NCBI GenBank assembly: GCA_963829055.1
Contig: CAWHHI010000016.1
Coordinates: forward strand, 256,001-320,000
DNA length: 64,000 nt
Source: an uncultured Gemmatimonadaceae bacterium
GTDB lineage: Bacteria > Gemmatimonadota > Gemmatimonadetes > Gemmatimonadales > Gemmatimonadaceae
Direction: 5' to 3'
The notes beneath the pieces were generated by a model. That model did no database searches. It saw only the letters and a list, made by a program, of their open reading frames with translations, and was not told the origin of the DNA. The position numbers and the translations under genes were made by a program. Numbering within the stretch: the first letter of the stretch is position 1; every line of letters starts with the position of its first letter. Below are positions 10,545 through 23,521 of this stretch, piece by piece.

Positions 10545-11906
10545 CTAACGGGACGCGCCGGCCGCCGCCCGCCCGAGCGGCGTATCGCCGCCGGTGGCCG
10601 GCGGCGCATTGGCGGCCGTGGCCGAGATGACGACGCTATGCTGGAACGCGCACAGGTACGATCCCGGGAATTGCTCCGAGTGTTGCATCTGCTGCGGATC
10701 GGGTTCCACCTCGAGCGTCGCGGCGTACAGGATGCCGTCGATGTCCTCGATGTTGCCACGGCCCATCCAGAGACCGACGAGGTAGGTCCCGGGCTTGAGA
10801 CGCACGTCGTCCAGCGCGAAATCCACGCGCGCTTCATCGCCTGCGTGCATCGACACGAATCGGCCTTGCATCGCGGTGTTCGCGTCCACGAGGCGATAGC
10901 CGCTCGCGTCGTAGATCGTGATGCCAACATTGGCACTCTCGACCGCCGCCGTCGCCACGATTCGTGTCTCGATGCGGAGCCGACTTCCGGGGCACATCAT
11001 CTCGCGCGTCGTTCCGTCACGACGCTCGGGCACGAAGCGCAGCGATACGAACCTCGCTTTGCCCGACCCGAAATGCTCCGCGCTCGACAGGTCGCTCGTC
11101 TCCGTCGGCGCGGCCGCGAGCGTCGCCTGATAGCGCGCCGCGACGCTCATGGGATCGGAGTCGAGCAGGAGACGGCCGGCATCGAGCAGTAGCGCCCGAG
11201 AGCATAACGAGACGACGGCGCCCATGTTGTGGCTCACGAAAAGCACGGTGCGGCCATGTCGCGCGACCGTTCCCATCTTGCCGAGGCACTTCTTCTGGAA
11301 GGCGGCGTCGCCCACGGCGAGGACTTCGTCGACGACGAGAATATCGGGCTCGAGGTGCGCTGCGACGGAGAACGCCAGCCGCATGTACATGCCGCTCGAG
11401 TAATGCTTCACCTGCGTATCGATGAACCGCTCCACCTCGGCGAAGTCCACGATCTCGTCGAACTTCGACGCGATTTCCGTGCGTCGCATGCCGAGAATGG
11501 CACCGCTCAGGAAGACGTTCTCACGGCCGGTGAGGTCGGGATGGAAGCCCGTTCCTACCTCGAGGAGCGAGCCGACTCGCCCCTCGAGGTCGATGGTGCC
11601 AGTGGTGGGCTCGACGATGCGCGACAGGATCTTGAGCAGCGTGCTCTTGCCGGACCCGTTGCGACCGATGATGCCTACGACCTCGCCGTGGGCGACGTCG
11701 AACGAGACATCGGTGAGCGCCCAGAAGCGCTCGTTGGGCGTCCGCGGGCCCCGGCGTCCGAAACTCTGCGCAGCGCCGCGCATCCCATCGACCAGCGCCT
11801 CGCGGATCGTGCGATACCTCGCTCGGGAGCCGAGTTGATACTGCTTGCCCAACCCAGAGACACGGATCGCGGGACCTTCCGCATCGTTGTGGGGGGGCAA
11901 AGTCAT
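10545..11906 (-). CDS. wzt: Polysaccharide ABC exporter ATP-binding subunit with C-terminal Wzt_C-like domain
   Basis: FWALTDVSF, GRNGSGKST (Walker A), YSSGMYMRLAF, DEVLAVGD, VSH; about 180-aa extra C-terminal domain. Alternative start 11933. Confidence 0.92.
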   Translation of the reverse strand: MTLPPHNDAEGPAIRVSGLGKQYQLGSRARYRTIREALVDGMRGAAQSFGRRGPRTPNERFWALTDVSFDVAHGEVVGIIGRNGSGKSTLLKILSRIVEPTTGTIDLEGRVGSLLEVGTGFHPDLTGRENVFLSGAILGMRRTEIASKFDEIVDFAEVERFIDTQVKHYSSGMYMRLAFSVAAHLEPDILVVDEVLAVGDAAFQKKCLGKMGTVARHGRTVLFVSHNMGAVVSLCSRALLLDAGRLLLDSDPMSVAARYQATLAAAPTETSDLSSAEHFGSGKARFVSLRFVPERRDGTTREMMCPGSRLRIETRIVATAAVESANVGITIYDASGYRLVDANTAMQGRFVSMHAGDEARVDFALDDVRLKPGTYLVGLWMGRGNIEDIDGILYAATLEVEPDPQQMQHSEQFPGSYLCAFQHSVVISATAANAPPATGGDTPLGRAAAGASR

Positions 11907-11922
11907 TCGCGTGTCTGTCGGA

Positions 11923-12772
11923 TCAGACGACATCGGCGAACGTGCGCTCCATGCGGCGGAAGAAGAACGCGCCTCCAATGAGCAGCGCGACGGCGGCGAG
12001 CGCCGACACCAGCACCATCGGTCCTGGTCGCGTGGCGGTGCCCAGGAGCGCCCAGCGGAACCCTTCCACGACGCCCACCATCGGGTTGAGCGCGTAAACT
12101 ACGCGCCATTTTTCGGGTAGGAGGCTGCTCGGGTATGCGATGGGAGTCGCGAACATCCAGAGCTGGGTCAGGAACGGAACGACGTGGCGGACGTCGCGGA
12201 ACTCGACGTTCAGGGCCGAGAGCCAGAGCCCAACGCCTAGCGCCGTAATGAACGCGAGCGCGGCGAAGAACGGGAGCCACACGACCTGAACCGTGGGCGT
12301 GACGCCGTACCACCACATGAGCCCGAACAGCACGGGAAACGCGAGTGCGAAGTCGACCAGGCCCGCGAGGACCGTCGCGAGCGGAATCGTGAGGCGCGGG
12401 AAGTAGACCTTCGTGATCAGGTTCGCGCTGCCCACGAGGCTATTCGAGGCCATAGTCAGGCCGGTCGCGAAGAACGTCCACGGCACGAGCGCGGTGTAGG
12501 CGAACAGCGAGTACGGCACGCCATCCGAGGGCACCTTGGCGAGGCGCCCAAAAAACAGCGCGAATACGAGCATCGTCAGCAGCGGCTGGAGCACCGCCCA
12601 GGCGACCCCGAGTACGGTCTGCTTGTAGCGAACCTTGAGGTCTCGCCAGACGAGGAAGAACAGCAGCTCGCGGTAGGCGAAGACCTCACTCAGGCGCAGG
12701 GCTACCCAACCACGGGTAGGCTCGAATGCGCAGCGTGTGCGGCGTGTGCGGCCGAATCGATGTGTGGGTCAC
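11923..12772 (-). CDS. wzm: Polysaccharide ABC exporter permease (one frameshift near 12725)
   Basis: YRELLFFLVWRDLKVRYKQTVLGVAWAVLQP continues upstream of the tracked ORF; NLITKVYFPR, LNVEFRDV, NPMVGVVEGFR; GTG at 12772 is reached after a 1-nt shift. Confidence 0.9.
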
Positions 12773-12786
12773 CGTCGGCGCGGGAT

Positions 12787-12802
12787 CGCAAGCGTCGTAC
12801 CG
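12787..12802 (-). promoter_or_regulatory. Putative sigma54 (-24/-12) promoter of glycan cluster A
   Basis: Minus strand reads CGGTACGACGCTTGCG: GG-N10-GC with TTGC, 15 nt upstream of the wzm start. Confidence 0.55.
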
Positions 12803-12816
12803 GATGAGCCAGAAGC

Positions 12817-12872
12817 GGGAATAGGGAATCGGCAATAGGGAATCGAATAGCGGGAACAGGGAACGGGGAACC
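12817..12872. repeat. Imperfect heptamer tandem repeat (GGGAAYN x8)
   Basis: GGGAATA GGGAATC GGCAATA GGGAATC GAATAGC GGGAACA GGGAACG GGGAACC. Confidence 0.85.
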
Positions 12873-12953
12873 GAGGACTTCCCTGCGTTCGGGTGATGCG
12901 ACTCAGGTTCGATCGATGGCGTTCGTTGCTGCCGGGCTCCCTAGGTTCGCCCC

Positions 12954-13328
12954 ATGTCCGCGGCGCGGCAGGAATTCGGCGAGGTTGGGGAGCGGGTGGC
13001 GGAGCGGTGGCTTCGACAGCGCGGGTGGCGCGTGCTGCAACGCCGGTTTCGGAACGGCCATCGCGACATCGATCTGGTAGCGGAGAAGGACGGGACGGTG
13101 GCCTTCGTCGAGGTGAAGGCGCGTCGCGGATATCAGTTCGGCGATCCAGTCGAGGCGGTGCACTGGCGGAAGCAGCGGGAGTTGGCCCGGTCGGCGGCGG
13201 TCTGGATCGACCGGCACGGGCGCCCGAACGACAGCTATCGCTTCGACGTGATCGGGGTGCTGATGGAGGGGAACTCGGTTCGCGTCAAGCACGTAGAAAA
13301 CGCCTTCATGGTGCGCTCGCGCGCTTGA
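12954..13328 (+). CDS. yraN: YraN (UPF0102) family nuclease-fold protein
   Basis: GEVGERVAERWL..RGWRVL.R.FR....DIDLVA......FVEVKAR, YRFDVIGV. Confidence 0.92.
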   Translation: MSAARQEFGEVGERVAERWLRQRGWRVLQRRFRNGHRDIDLVAEKDGTVAFVEVKARRGYQFGDPVEAVHWRKQRELARSAAVWIDRHGRPNDSYRFDVIGVLMEGNSVRVKHVENAFMVRSRA

Positions 13329-13436
13329 GTTTTCGTGGTTCTCTTCGTATTTTCTTCGGGTATCGGATGGCTCCCCTCGCGGCGTAGATTCTGGGCCGTG
13401 GCCAGAGCGTCAAACGTCAACACAATGGGTGGATGA

Positions 13437-14483
13437 ATGGCTACTGCTGCGCAGCAAGACGATCGGAAGAAGGCGTTGAATCTGGCCATCGCGCAGATCG
13501 AGAAGAGTTGCGGCAAGGGATCCATCATGAAGATGGGCGCCGAATCGGCGCGCGTTCGCATTGATGCGATCCCGACGGGCGCGATCAATCTCGATGCGGC
13601 GATCGGTATTGGTGGAATTCCTCGCGGTCGTGTCACTGAGATATACGGCCCCGAGTCCAGCGGTAAGACGACGTTGTGCTTACACGTCGTTGCGAATGCA
13701 CAGAAGGCGGGCGGTGTTGCCGCGTTCATCGATGCCGAGCATGCGCTCGATATCGATTATGCGAAGAAGCTCGGCGTGGATGTCGAGAGTCTCCTCGTCT
13801 CGCAGCCCGATACGGGCGAGCAGGCGCTGGAGATCTGTGAGATCCTCGTGCGCTCGGGCGCTATCGACGTCGTCGTGATCGACTCGGTTGCCGCGCTGGT
13901 GCCGAAGGCGGAAATCGAAGGCGAGATGGGTGAGTCGCATATGGGCTTGCAGGCGCGGCTCATGAGCCAGGCGCTGCGCAAGCTCACTGGCTCGATCGCT
14001 CGGTCCAAGACGTCCGTCATCTTCATCAACCAGTTGCGTGAGAAGATCGGCGTGATGTTCGGCAATCCCGAGACGACCACCGGTGGTAAGGCGCTCAAGT
14101 TCTATGCGTCGGTGCGTCTCGACATTCGCCGCATCGGTCCGGTGAAGGAGAAGGAGGACGTCATCGGGTCGCACGTGCGCGTGAAGGTCGTGAAGAACAA
14201 GGTGGCGCCGCCGTTCAAGCAGGCCGAGTTCGATATCATGTACGCCGAGGGAATCAGCCACGCGAGCCTGGTGCTCGACATTGCTGCCGAGGCGGGGATC
14301 ATCGACAAGGCTGGTGCGTGGTATAGCTACGGCACGCAGCGTATTGGGCAGGGCCGAGAGAACGCGAAGATGTATCTGAAGGACAACCCGGTGCTGATGG
14401 CTGAAGTCGAGGAGAAGGTGAAGGGCATTCTCGGCATGAAGGCGGATACGCAGGTCGATCCGGACGTCGTGGTCGACGACTGA
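13437..14483 (+). CDS. recA: Recombinase A
   Basis: [64 protein letters not shown]. Confidence 0.99.
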   Translation: MATAAQQDDRKKALNLAIAQIEKSCGKGSIMKMGAESARVRIDAIPTGAINLDAAIGIGGIPRGRVTEIYGPESSGKTTLCLHVVANAQKAGGVAAFIDAEHALDIDYAKKLGVDVESLLVSQPDTGEQALEICEILVRSGAIDVVVIDSVAALVPKAEIEGEMGESHMGLQARLMSQALRKLTGSIARSKTSVIFINQLREKIGVMFGNPETTTGGKALKFYASVRLDIRRIGPVKEKEDVIGSHVRVKVVKNKVAPPFKQAEFDIMYAEGISHASLVLDIAAEAGIIDKAGAWYSYGTQRIGQGRENAKMYLKDNPVLMAEVEEKVKGILGMKADTQVDPDVVVDD

Positions 14484-14593
14484 GCGAAGTAGCACTCGCT
14501 CCGGAGTTCGAGCCGGAGGGTCGTTCTTTGGATGAGTCGGTGCCCGGATCACCGTCGCGTTCAGAGGGCAATCCTCCGGCTCTTTCCTTTGGT

Positions 14594-14712
14594 GTCATCC
14601 CGAGCAGACCGCGAGGGATCTTCTCGAACGTTCTTGTGGCCTGGCTGGCCACGATGAAATCACATGAGATCCCTCATCTGCCCGCTGCGCGGGCTCCCGC
14701 GCTCGGGATGAC
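14594..14712. repeat. REP/MITE-like palindromic element, copy 1
   Basis: Perfect 12-bp terminal inverted repeat GTCATCCCGAGC...GCTCGGGATGAC plus inner GAGGGATCT/AGATCCCTC. Confidence 0.85.
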
Positions 14713-14726
14713 CAGCAGACGTAGCC

Positions 14727-18397
<3,671 letters not shown>

Positions 18398-18421
18398 GGA
18401 CGGGGACGTGAGCGTGCGCTC

Positions 18422-18751
18422 GTGACGGAGCACCAGCCAGTGTCCGCCTGGCTGCGCGCGCGCACGCCCGTGCCGCCGCCGCAGCTCATTGCGCGCATCG
18501 AGGCGATGACGGCCGGGGTCGCCGGCCGCGATGCCTCCGCCGACGTGTTCCTCGCAGCCGCCGAAGCGGCGATGGGCGGGTTGCTGCGCGACGGGTGCCT
18601 AACGCGCGAGAGCGCGCTCGACCTGCTCGCCATTGACGCCCTCGTCACGTACGCGTTCGAGGCTGCGGCGGATGACCCGGAACGCCTCGAAGACCGCGCG
18701 GCACGCGCGCTGTCACGCGTGTCGGCCCTCGCTGCGCCGTATCCGGCGTGA
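18422..18751 (+). CDS. Hypothetical helical protein
   Basis: Fills the gap between alaS and the GGGPS gene, with a GTGA stop/start overlap at 18748-18751; high-GC codon pattern. Confidence 0.7.
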   Translation: MTEHQPVSAWLRARTPVPPPQLIARIEAMTAGVAGRDASADVFLAAAEAAMGGLLRDGCLTRESALDLLAIDALVTYAFEAAADDPERLEDRAARALSRVSALAAPYPA

Positions 18752-19488
18752 GCGTGCGGACGCCGGCTCGGCTCCCATTCGACCGGCGCGGCGGGCTCAT
18801 CGTGCTCGTCGATCCCGGCCGGTCGACGCCGGATGACGCGTTAGGCCTCGCGACCCGAGCGGCGACGTCGGACGCGTGCGGGTTTCTCATCGGCGACAGC
18901 CTCGGGGGCGGCGCGAATCTGGCCGCGCATGTCGCGGCGATGCGCGCGGGTGCACCCGGCTTGCCGATTGTGCAGTTCCCGGCTTCCGCCGCGGAGCTCA
19001 GCGCTGATGTGGACGCCGTGCTGTTTCTCGCGCTGCTGTCAGGAAGAAATCCACGGTACCTCATCGACGAGCAGGTGCGTGCGGTGCCGTTCTTCGTTCG
19101 GCACCCCGAGGTGGCCGCGATCAGTACCGCGTATCTGCTCGTGGAAGGTGGCCGAACGAGCTCGGTGGAGCAGGCGACTCGCACGCAGCCGCTCGCGGCG
19201 GATGCGCCCGACGTAGTTGCTGCACACGTCAGGGCCGCGCAGCTCATGGGCATGTACGCGACGTATCTCGAGGCAGGCAGCGGCGCCGCGAGGCCCGTCT
19301 CGGCACACGTGATCGCGGCCGCTCGCGAGGCGACCGACGGACCGCTGCTCGTCGGAGGCGGCATCACGAGCGCCACCGCGGCGCGGGAAGCGCGCGATGC
19401 GGGCGCCGACTACGTCGTGATCGGGACACTCTTCGAGCGCGTCCCGTCGGTCGCCGTCCAGCCACTCGCCAGCGCCGCCCGCGCGTGA
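18748..19488 (+). CDS. Geranylgeranylglyceryl/heptaprenylglyceryl phosphate synthase family protein (group II-like)
   Basis: VLVDP, LPIVQFP, DAVLFLALLSGRNPRYLI.EQV, AYLLVEGG, YLEAGSGA, LVGGGI, GADYVVIGT: the GGGPS/PcrB TIM-barrel motif series. Confidence 0.88.
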   Translation: MSVRTPARLPFDRRGGLIVLVDPGRSTPDDALGLATRAATSDACGFLIGDSLGGGANLAAHVAAMRAGAPGLPIVQFPASAAELSADVDAVLFLALLSGRNPRYLIDEQVRAVPFFVRHPEVAAISTAYLLVEGGRTSSVEQATRTQPLAADAPDVVAAHVRAAQLMGMYATYLEAGSGAARPVSAHVIAAAREATDGPLLVGGGITSATAAREARDAGADYVVIGTLFERVPSVAVQPLASAARA

Positions 19489-20240
19489 TCGACATTCACT
19501 CGCATCTGCTGCCGGGCGTCGACGACGGATCGGCGGACGTCGCGACATTTGTCGGGGTGCTGGAGCGGTTCGCGCGCCACGGACTCGAGGTGTTGGTCTG
19601 TACGCCGCATCTTGCGGCATCCGACGCGGGGCGAGCGCCGTATGAGCACCATCGCGACCTGCTGAAGACGCTCGTGGCGGCGGCGCCCCCGAAGCCGGAG
19701 TTGCGGCTCGGCTGGGAGATCATGCTCGATCGTCCCGGCTGTGACCTGAGCGCACCGGAGCTCTCGCTGGGCGGTGCGAAGGCGGTGCTCGTGGAATTTC
19801 CCCGGGCGTACCTTCCCGTGGGAACGACCGACGAGCTCGATCGCATCAGGCGCGGAGGCATCGTTCCGGTGGTTGCGCACCCGGAGCGCTACTACGGGTG
19901 CACGCTCGACACCGTGCGCGCGTGGCGCGATGCTGGAGCCGTGATCCAGACGGACGCGACGATGTTGCTGGCGCGCGGACCGATGACCGAGCTCGCGAAG
20001 TCATTGCTCGAAGCAGGGCTGATCGACTGTCTGGCGAGCGATAATCACGGCGACCGGCGTTCTCTCGCCGCGGCGCGTGTCTGGTTGGAGGAGATGGGAG
20101 CGACCGAGCATGCGCAGGTGTTGACCCATGGGAACGCCGCGCGAGTGTTGGCGGACCAACCGACGATCCCCGTTCCGCCGCTGCCACTCGCGCGCGGAAT
20201 GATCCACCGCCTGCGCGAGCTGTTGTTCGGGCGTCGATGA
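19485..20240 (+). CDS. CpsB/CapC-type PHP-family phosphatase
   Basis: MIDIHSHLLPGVDDG, CTPH, GWE, VAHPERY, ASDNH. Confidence 0.92.
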   Translation: MIDIHSHLLPGVDDGSADVATFVGVLERFARHGLEVLVCTPHLAASDAGRAPYEHHRDLLKTLVAAAPPKPELRLGWEIMLDRPGCDLSAPELSLGGAKAVLVEFPRAYLPVGTTDELDRIRRGGIVPVVAHPERYYGCTLDTVRAWRDAGAVIQTDATMLLARGPMTELAKSLLEAGLIDCLASDNHGDRRSLAAARVWLEEMGATEHAQVLTHGNAARVLADQPTIPVPPLPLARGMIHRLRELLFGRR

Positions 20241-20282
20241 CAAATACGACAGCTACGGACCGCTTCGACGAGGAGGATCACG

Positions 20283-20853
20283 ATGAGAGAGCAGATCGTG
20301 CAGCGCCTTCGCGACCTGGCGGCGACCGCGACCGATGCCGCGGAGCGGATCGGCCCCGACGCGGAGCGGGCGGGTACGATGATGCGCGACGTCGTGCGCC
20401 GCGGCGGGACGCTGTTCTTCTGCGGAAACGGTGGGAGCGCTGCCGACGCGCAGCACATGGCGACGGAGTACGTCGTGCGGTACATGAAGAACCGGCGGCC
20501 GCTGGCGGCTGTTGCGCTCACAACGGACACGTCACTGCTCACGGCGATGGGAAACGACTTCGGGTTCGATGAGATCTTCTCGCGTCAGGTGGACGCGCTC
20601 GTGACCGATCGCGATCTGCTCATCATCCACTCGACGAGTGGCAACTCGCCTAACGTGGTCAAGGCGGCCGAGGCGGCGCGCCGCAAGGGTGCGGGCGTCG
20701 TGGCATTCTCATCGCGCGACGGTGGGGCACTGCGCGCCGATCGCCGATCATTCGGTGATCGTGCCGACGGACCGCACGGACCGCGCACAGGAGATCCACC
20801 TCTGCATCGAGCACGCGATCTGCGAAGTGATCGAAGCGGGGCTCGACTCATGA
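20283..20853 (+). CDS. gmhA: D-sedoheptulose-7-phosphate isomerase (frameshift near 20740)
   Basis: CGNGGSAADAQHMATE, TAMGNDFGFDEIFSRQV, STSGNSPNV, then RAQEIHLCIEHAIC in a second frame; GAGGAGG RBS. Confidence 0.92.
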
Positions 20854-21603
20854 TCTCTCTCCGTGGAAGGCGTGCGCTCGTGACTGGCGGCTCGCGCGGC
20901 ATTGGTGCGGCGACGGCACTCTTGCTCGCGGAGTGTGGTGCGGACGTCGGTATCGGGTACCGGTCGCGTCAGCCGGAGGCCGACGGAGATCGTGCAGCGA
21001 CTCGCGAGCCGGGGTGTCAAAGCATTCGCGCACGCGGCCGATCTGTCGGGCCTAGCCGGGACCGCATCGCTCTTCGAGCGCGCAGAGCGTGAGTTCGGCG
21101 GTCTCGACATCTTCGTCGGCAACGCCGGAATCTGGCCGCCGCAGGACGTCGCGCTGGCGGAGATGACCGACGAGCACTGGCGACGCACGATGAGCGAAAA
21201 CGTCGACGCGATGTTCTACACGACGCGCGCGGCGGCCCGCATGCTGGAGCGTGGCGGTCGCATCGTGCTCGTGTCGAGCACCGCGGGTCAGCGCGGTGAA
21301 GCGTACCACGCCGACTACGCGGCGTCCAAAGGCGCGATGATCTCGCTCGTGAAGTCGGTCGCCGTGGAACTCGGCGGACGAGACATCACCGTCAACGCGG
21401 TCGCACCGGGCTGGGTGGACACGGAGATGGTGGCCGACGCGATAGGCGACCGCCGCGAGGCGATCGCGGCCGCCATTCCCATCGGGCGTGTAGCAACGCC
21501 CAAGGACATCGCCGGCCCGATCGTGTTCCTATGCTCGGAGCACGCTCGTCACATCACCGGCGAGATCTTGAACGTGAACGGCGGCAGCGTCCTGTGTGGC
21601 TGA
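20850..21603 (+). CDS. FabG-like SDR oxidoreductase (frameshift near 20985)
   Basis: VTGGSRGIG, DIFVGNAGI, YAASKG, VNAVAPGWVDT, ITGEILNVNGG. Confidence 0.9.
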
Positions 21604-21638
21604 TCGTGTCGCACGGCGCGTTAGGCGCGCCAGGCCTG

Positions 21639-22073
21639 TTATCCGGCGGTCGTATTCGCCGTGCTCACGCTACCCGACGAGCTCAGCTGCCAACGCTGGA
21701 AGCAGTTCCACCCGAACTCGTCCGCGGCGCGGATCTGATCAGGGAACCCGAAGCAGTCCACCCACCCTTCCTGCTCGGCCCGCCAGCGGCAGTCCCAGGC
21801 GAACTCGATGACGCGAGACTCGCCGTTGCCTTCGACGACAAGCGTCCCAACGAAATCCGAGCAGCCCGACCGGCCGTCAATGCGCAGGCGATCGACGACC
21901 CATTCGGGGTGCGCGTGGAGCAGCTGGTTGATGAGGCGGATCACCTTGATGCGCGGAACTGGCCGCATCAGGGTGATCGAGGGCGCTTCAGTGCGCTTGG
22001 CGAACGCGACGACATCGGCTTTGAAACGTTCGGTCGCGAACGAACGCTCGATGATCTGGGTGTCTATCGGCAC
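21639..22073 (-). CDS. Hypothetical protein (aromatic/Cys-rich C-terminus)
   Basis: 144-aa ORF with natural composition, TATATT box 6 nt before GTG, fills the gap between SDR and cca. Confidence 0.75.
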   Translation of the reverse strand: MPIDTQIIERSFATERFKADVVAFAKRTEAPSITLMRPVPRIKVIRLINQLLHAHPEWVVDRLRIDGRSGCSDFVGTLVVEGNGESRVIEFAWDCRWRAEQEGWVDCFGFPDQIRAADEFGWNCFQRWQLSSSGSVSTANTTAG

Positions 22074-22175
22074 GGGCGGAATATATCGAGATGTTCCCTG
22101 GTTTCTGGGGGTTCACGCTGCCCCGAGAAGGACGAAACTGACTGTTGGGTCGGCACACGTCCGTCGGGGCATCCC

Positions 22176-23510
22176 GTGGCTACGTTAGCCATTCCGCGCG
22201 CCGTCCGACTCATCGCCGAGCGGCTCGACAACGCAGGGTACGAGACGTGGTGCGTTGGTGGCGCCGTGAGGGACGCCATGCTCGGCCATCCGCACCTCGA
22301 TTGGGATCTCGCGACCGCGGCGACGCCGCAGCAAGTTCAGAAGGTCTTCCGCCGTACGGTCCCGGTCGGTATCGACTTCGGTACGGTTGGCGTGCTGGAC
22401 GATGCCGGGGTCATGCACGAGGTAACGACCTTCCGTCGTGACGTCGACACGGACGGGCGCCACGCGGTGGTCGAGTTCGGCGCGTCGCTCGACGACGACC
22501 TGGCGCGCCGCGACCTCACGATCAACGCGATCGCCGTGTCGCCCAAGACCGGGGAGATCCGTGATCCGTTCGGCGGACAGCTCGATCTCGAGCGTCGGAT
22601 CGTGCGGGCCGTCGGCGCTCCGGACGAGCGTATGCGCGAGGATCGGCTGCGCGCGCTGCGGGCGATCCGGTTCGCGTCGCGTCTCGATTTCTCGATCGAG
22701 CCGACGACGTGGGAGGCGATCGCGCGGAGTGCGCCGCATCTGTCTCGTCTCTCGCGCGAACGCGTCAAGCAGGAGATCGAGAAGACGATGGAGCAGGTGC
22801 GCTGCCCGAGCCGAGCGTTCGCCATGTGGCGATCGAGCGGAGCGCTCGCGTCGCTCGTACCGCCGCTCGCCAACCAGCCCGAGATCGCGTTTGCGGCGGC
22901 GGACCACGTGCCGTTGCCGGGCGCTACGCGGCGGCCGGATCGAGTCGATGCTCGCCGCATCCACCGTTTGCTTTCGCTCTTTCTCGATTTGCCCGCGGCT
23001 ACCGTTCGGTCGGCGTTGCACGACCTGCGGTTCTCGAACGCCGACGTGCGGAACATGTCGAAGCTCGCCGAGCACTGGGTCGGGCTGTTCACTCGCGTAA
23101 CGGACATGCTCGGCCAGGTCGGGCCGCCTGACGACGCCGTCATTCGGCGCTGGGCCGCCACGACCGGGAGGACGCAGCTCGCTGCGTTTCTGCGCCTCGC
23201 GGAAGCCCGGTGGGCCGCCATGCGGGCGGCGGGCGAGCGCGCACCAACGCGCGAGCGCGCGGGAAGCGTGTATCGTCGCGCGCTGCGGATCGCGTATCGC
23301 GATCCGATCGAGCTCGCGGATCTGCAGGTCGATGGGGAGGACCTGCAGCGTGAGGGAATCGCGCGCGGCCCCGCGCTCGGTAAGATTCTACGCGCGCTGC
23401 TGGACTGGGTCGTGGACGATCCAGCGCGCAACACGCGAGAGACGCTCATGGGTCGCGCCGCGCAATTCGCGCGCGACAGCGAGCGCGCACCGAGCGACGC
23501 GCAACGTTAG
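22176..23510 (+). CDS. cca: CCA tRNA nucleotidyltransferase
   Basis: VGGAVRD...DWDLAT, EVTTFRRD, DLARRDLTINA, EDRLRALRAIRF, LSRER; GTG start at 22176. Confidence 0.9.
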   Translation: MATLAIPRAVRLIAERLDNAGYETWCVGGAVRDAMLGHPHLDWDLATAATPQQVQKVFRRTVPVGIDFGTVGVLDDAGVMHEVTTFRRDVDTDGRHAVVEFGASLDDDLARRDLTINAIAVSPKTGEIRDPFGGQLDLERRIVRAVGAPDERMREDRLRALRAIRFASRLDFSIEPTTWEAIARSAPHLSRLSRERVKQEIEKTMEQVRCPSRAFAMWRSSGALASLVPPLANQPEIAFAAADHVPLPGATRRPDRVDARRIHRLLSLFLDLPAATVRSALHDLRFSNADVRNMSKLAEHWVGLFTRVTDMLGQVGPPDDAVIRRWAATTGRTQLAAFLRLAEARWAAMRAAGERAPTRERAGSVYRRALRIAYRDPIELADLQVDGEDLQREGIARGPALGKILRALLDWVVDDPARNTRETLMGRAAQFARDSERAPSDAQR

Positions 23511-23521
23511 GCCAAGCGATC

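Noticed and set aside
14499..14518. CTCCGG/CCGGAG hairpin after recA as a terminator
   Set aside because: Short stem with no adjacent U-tract; too weak to call.
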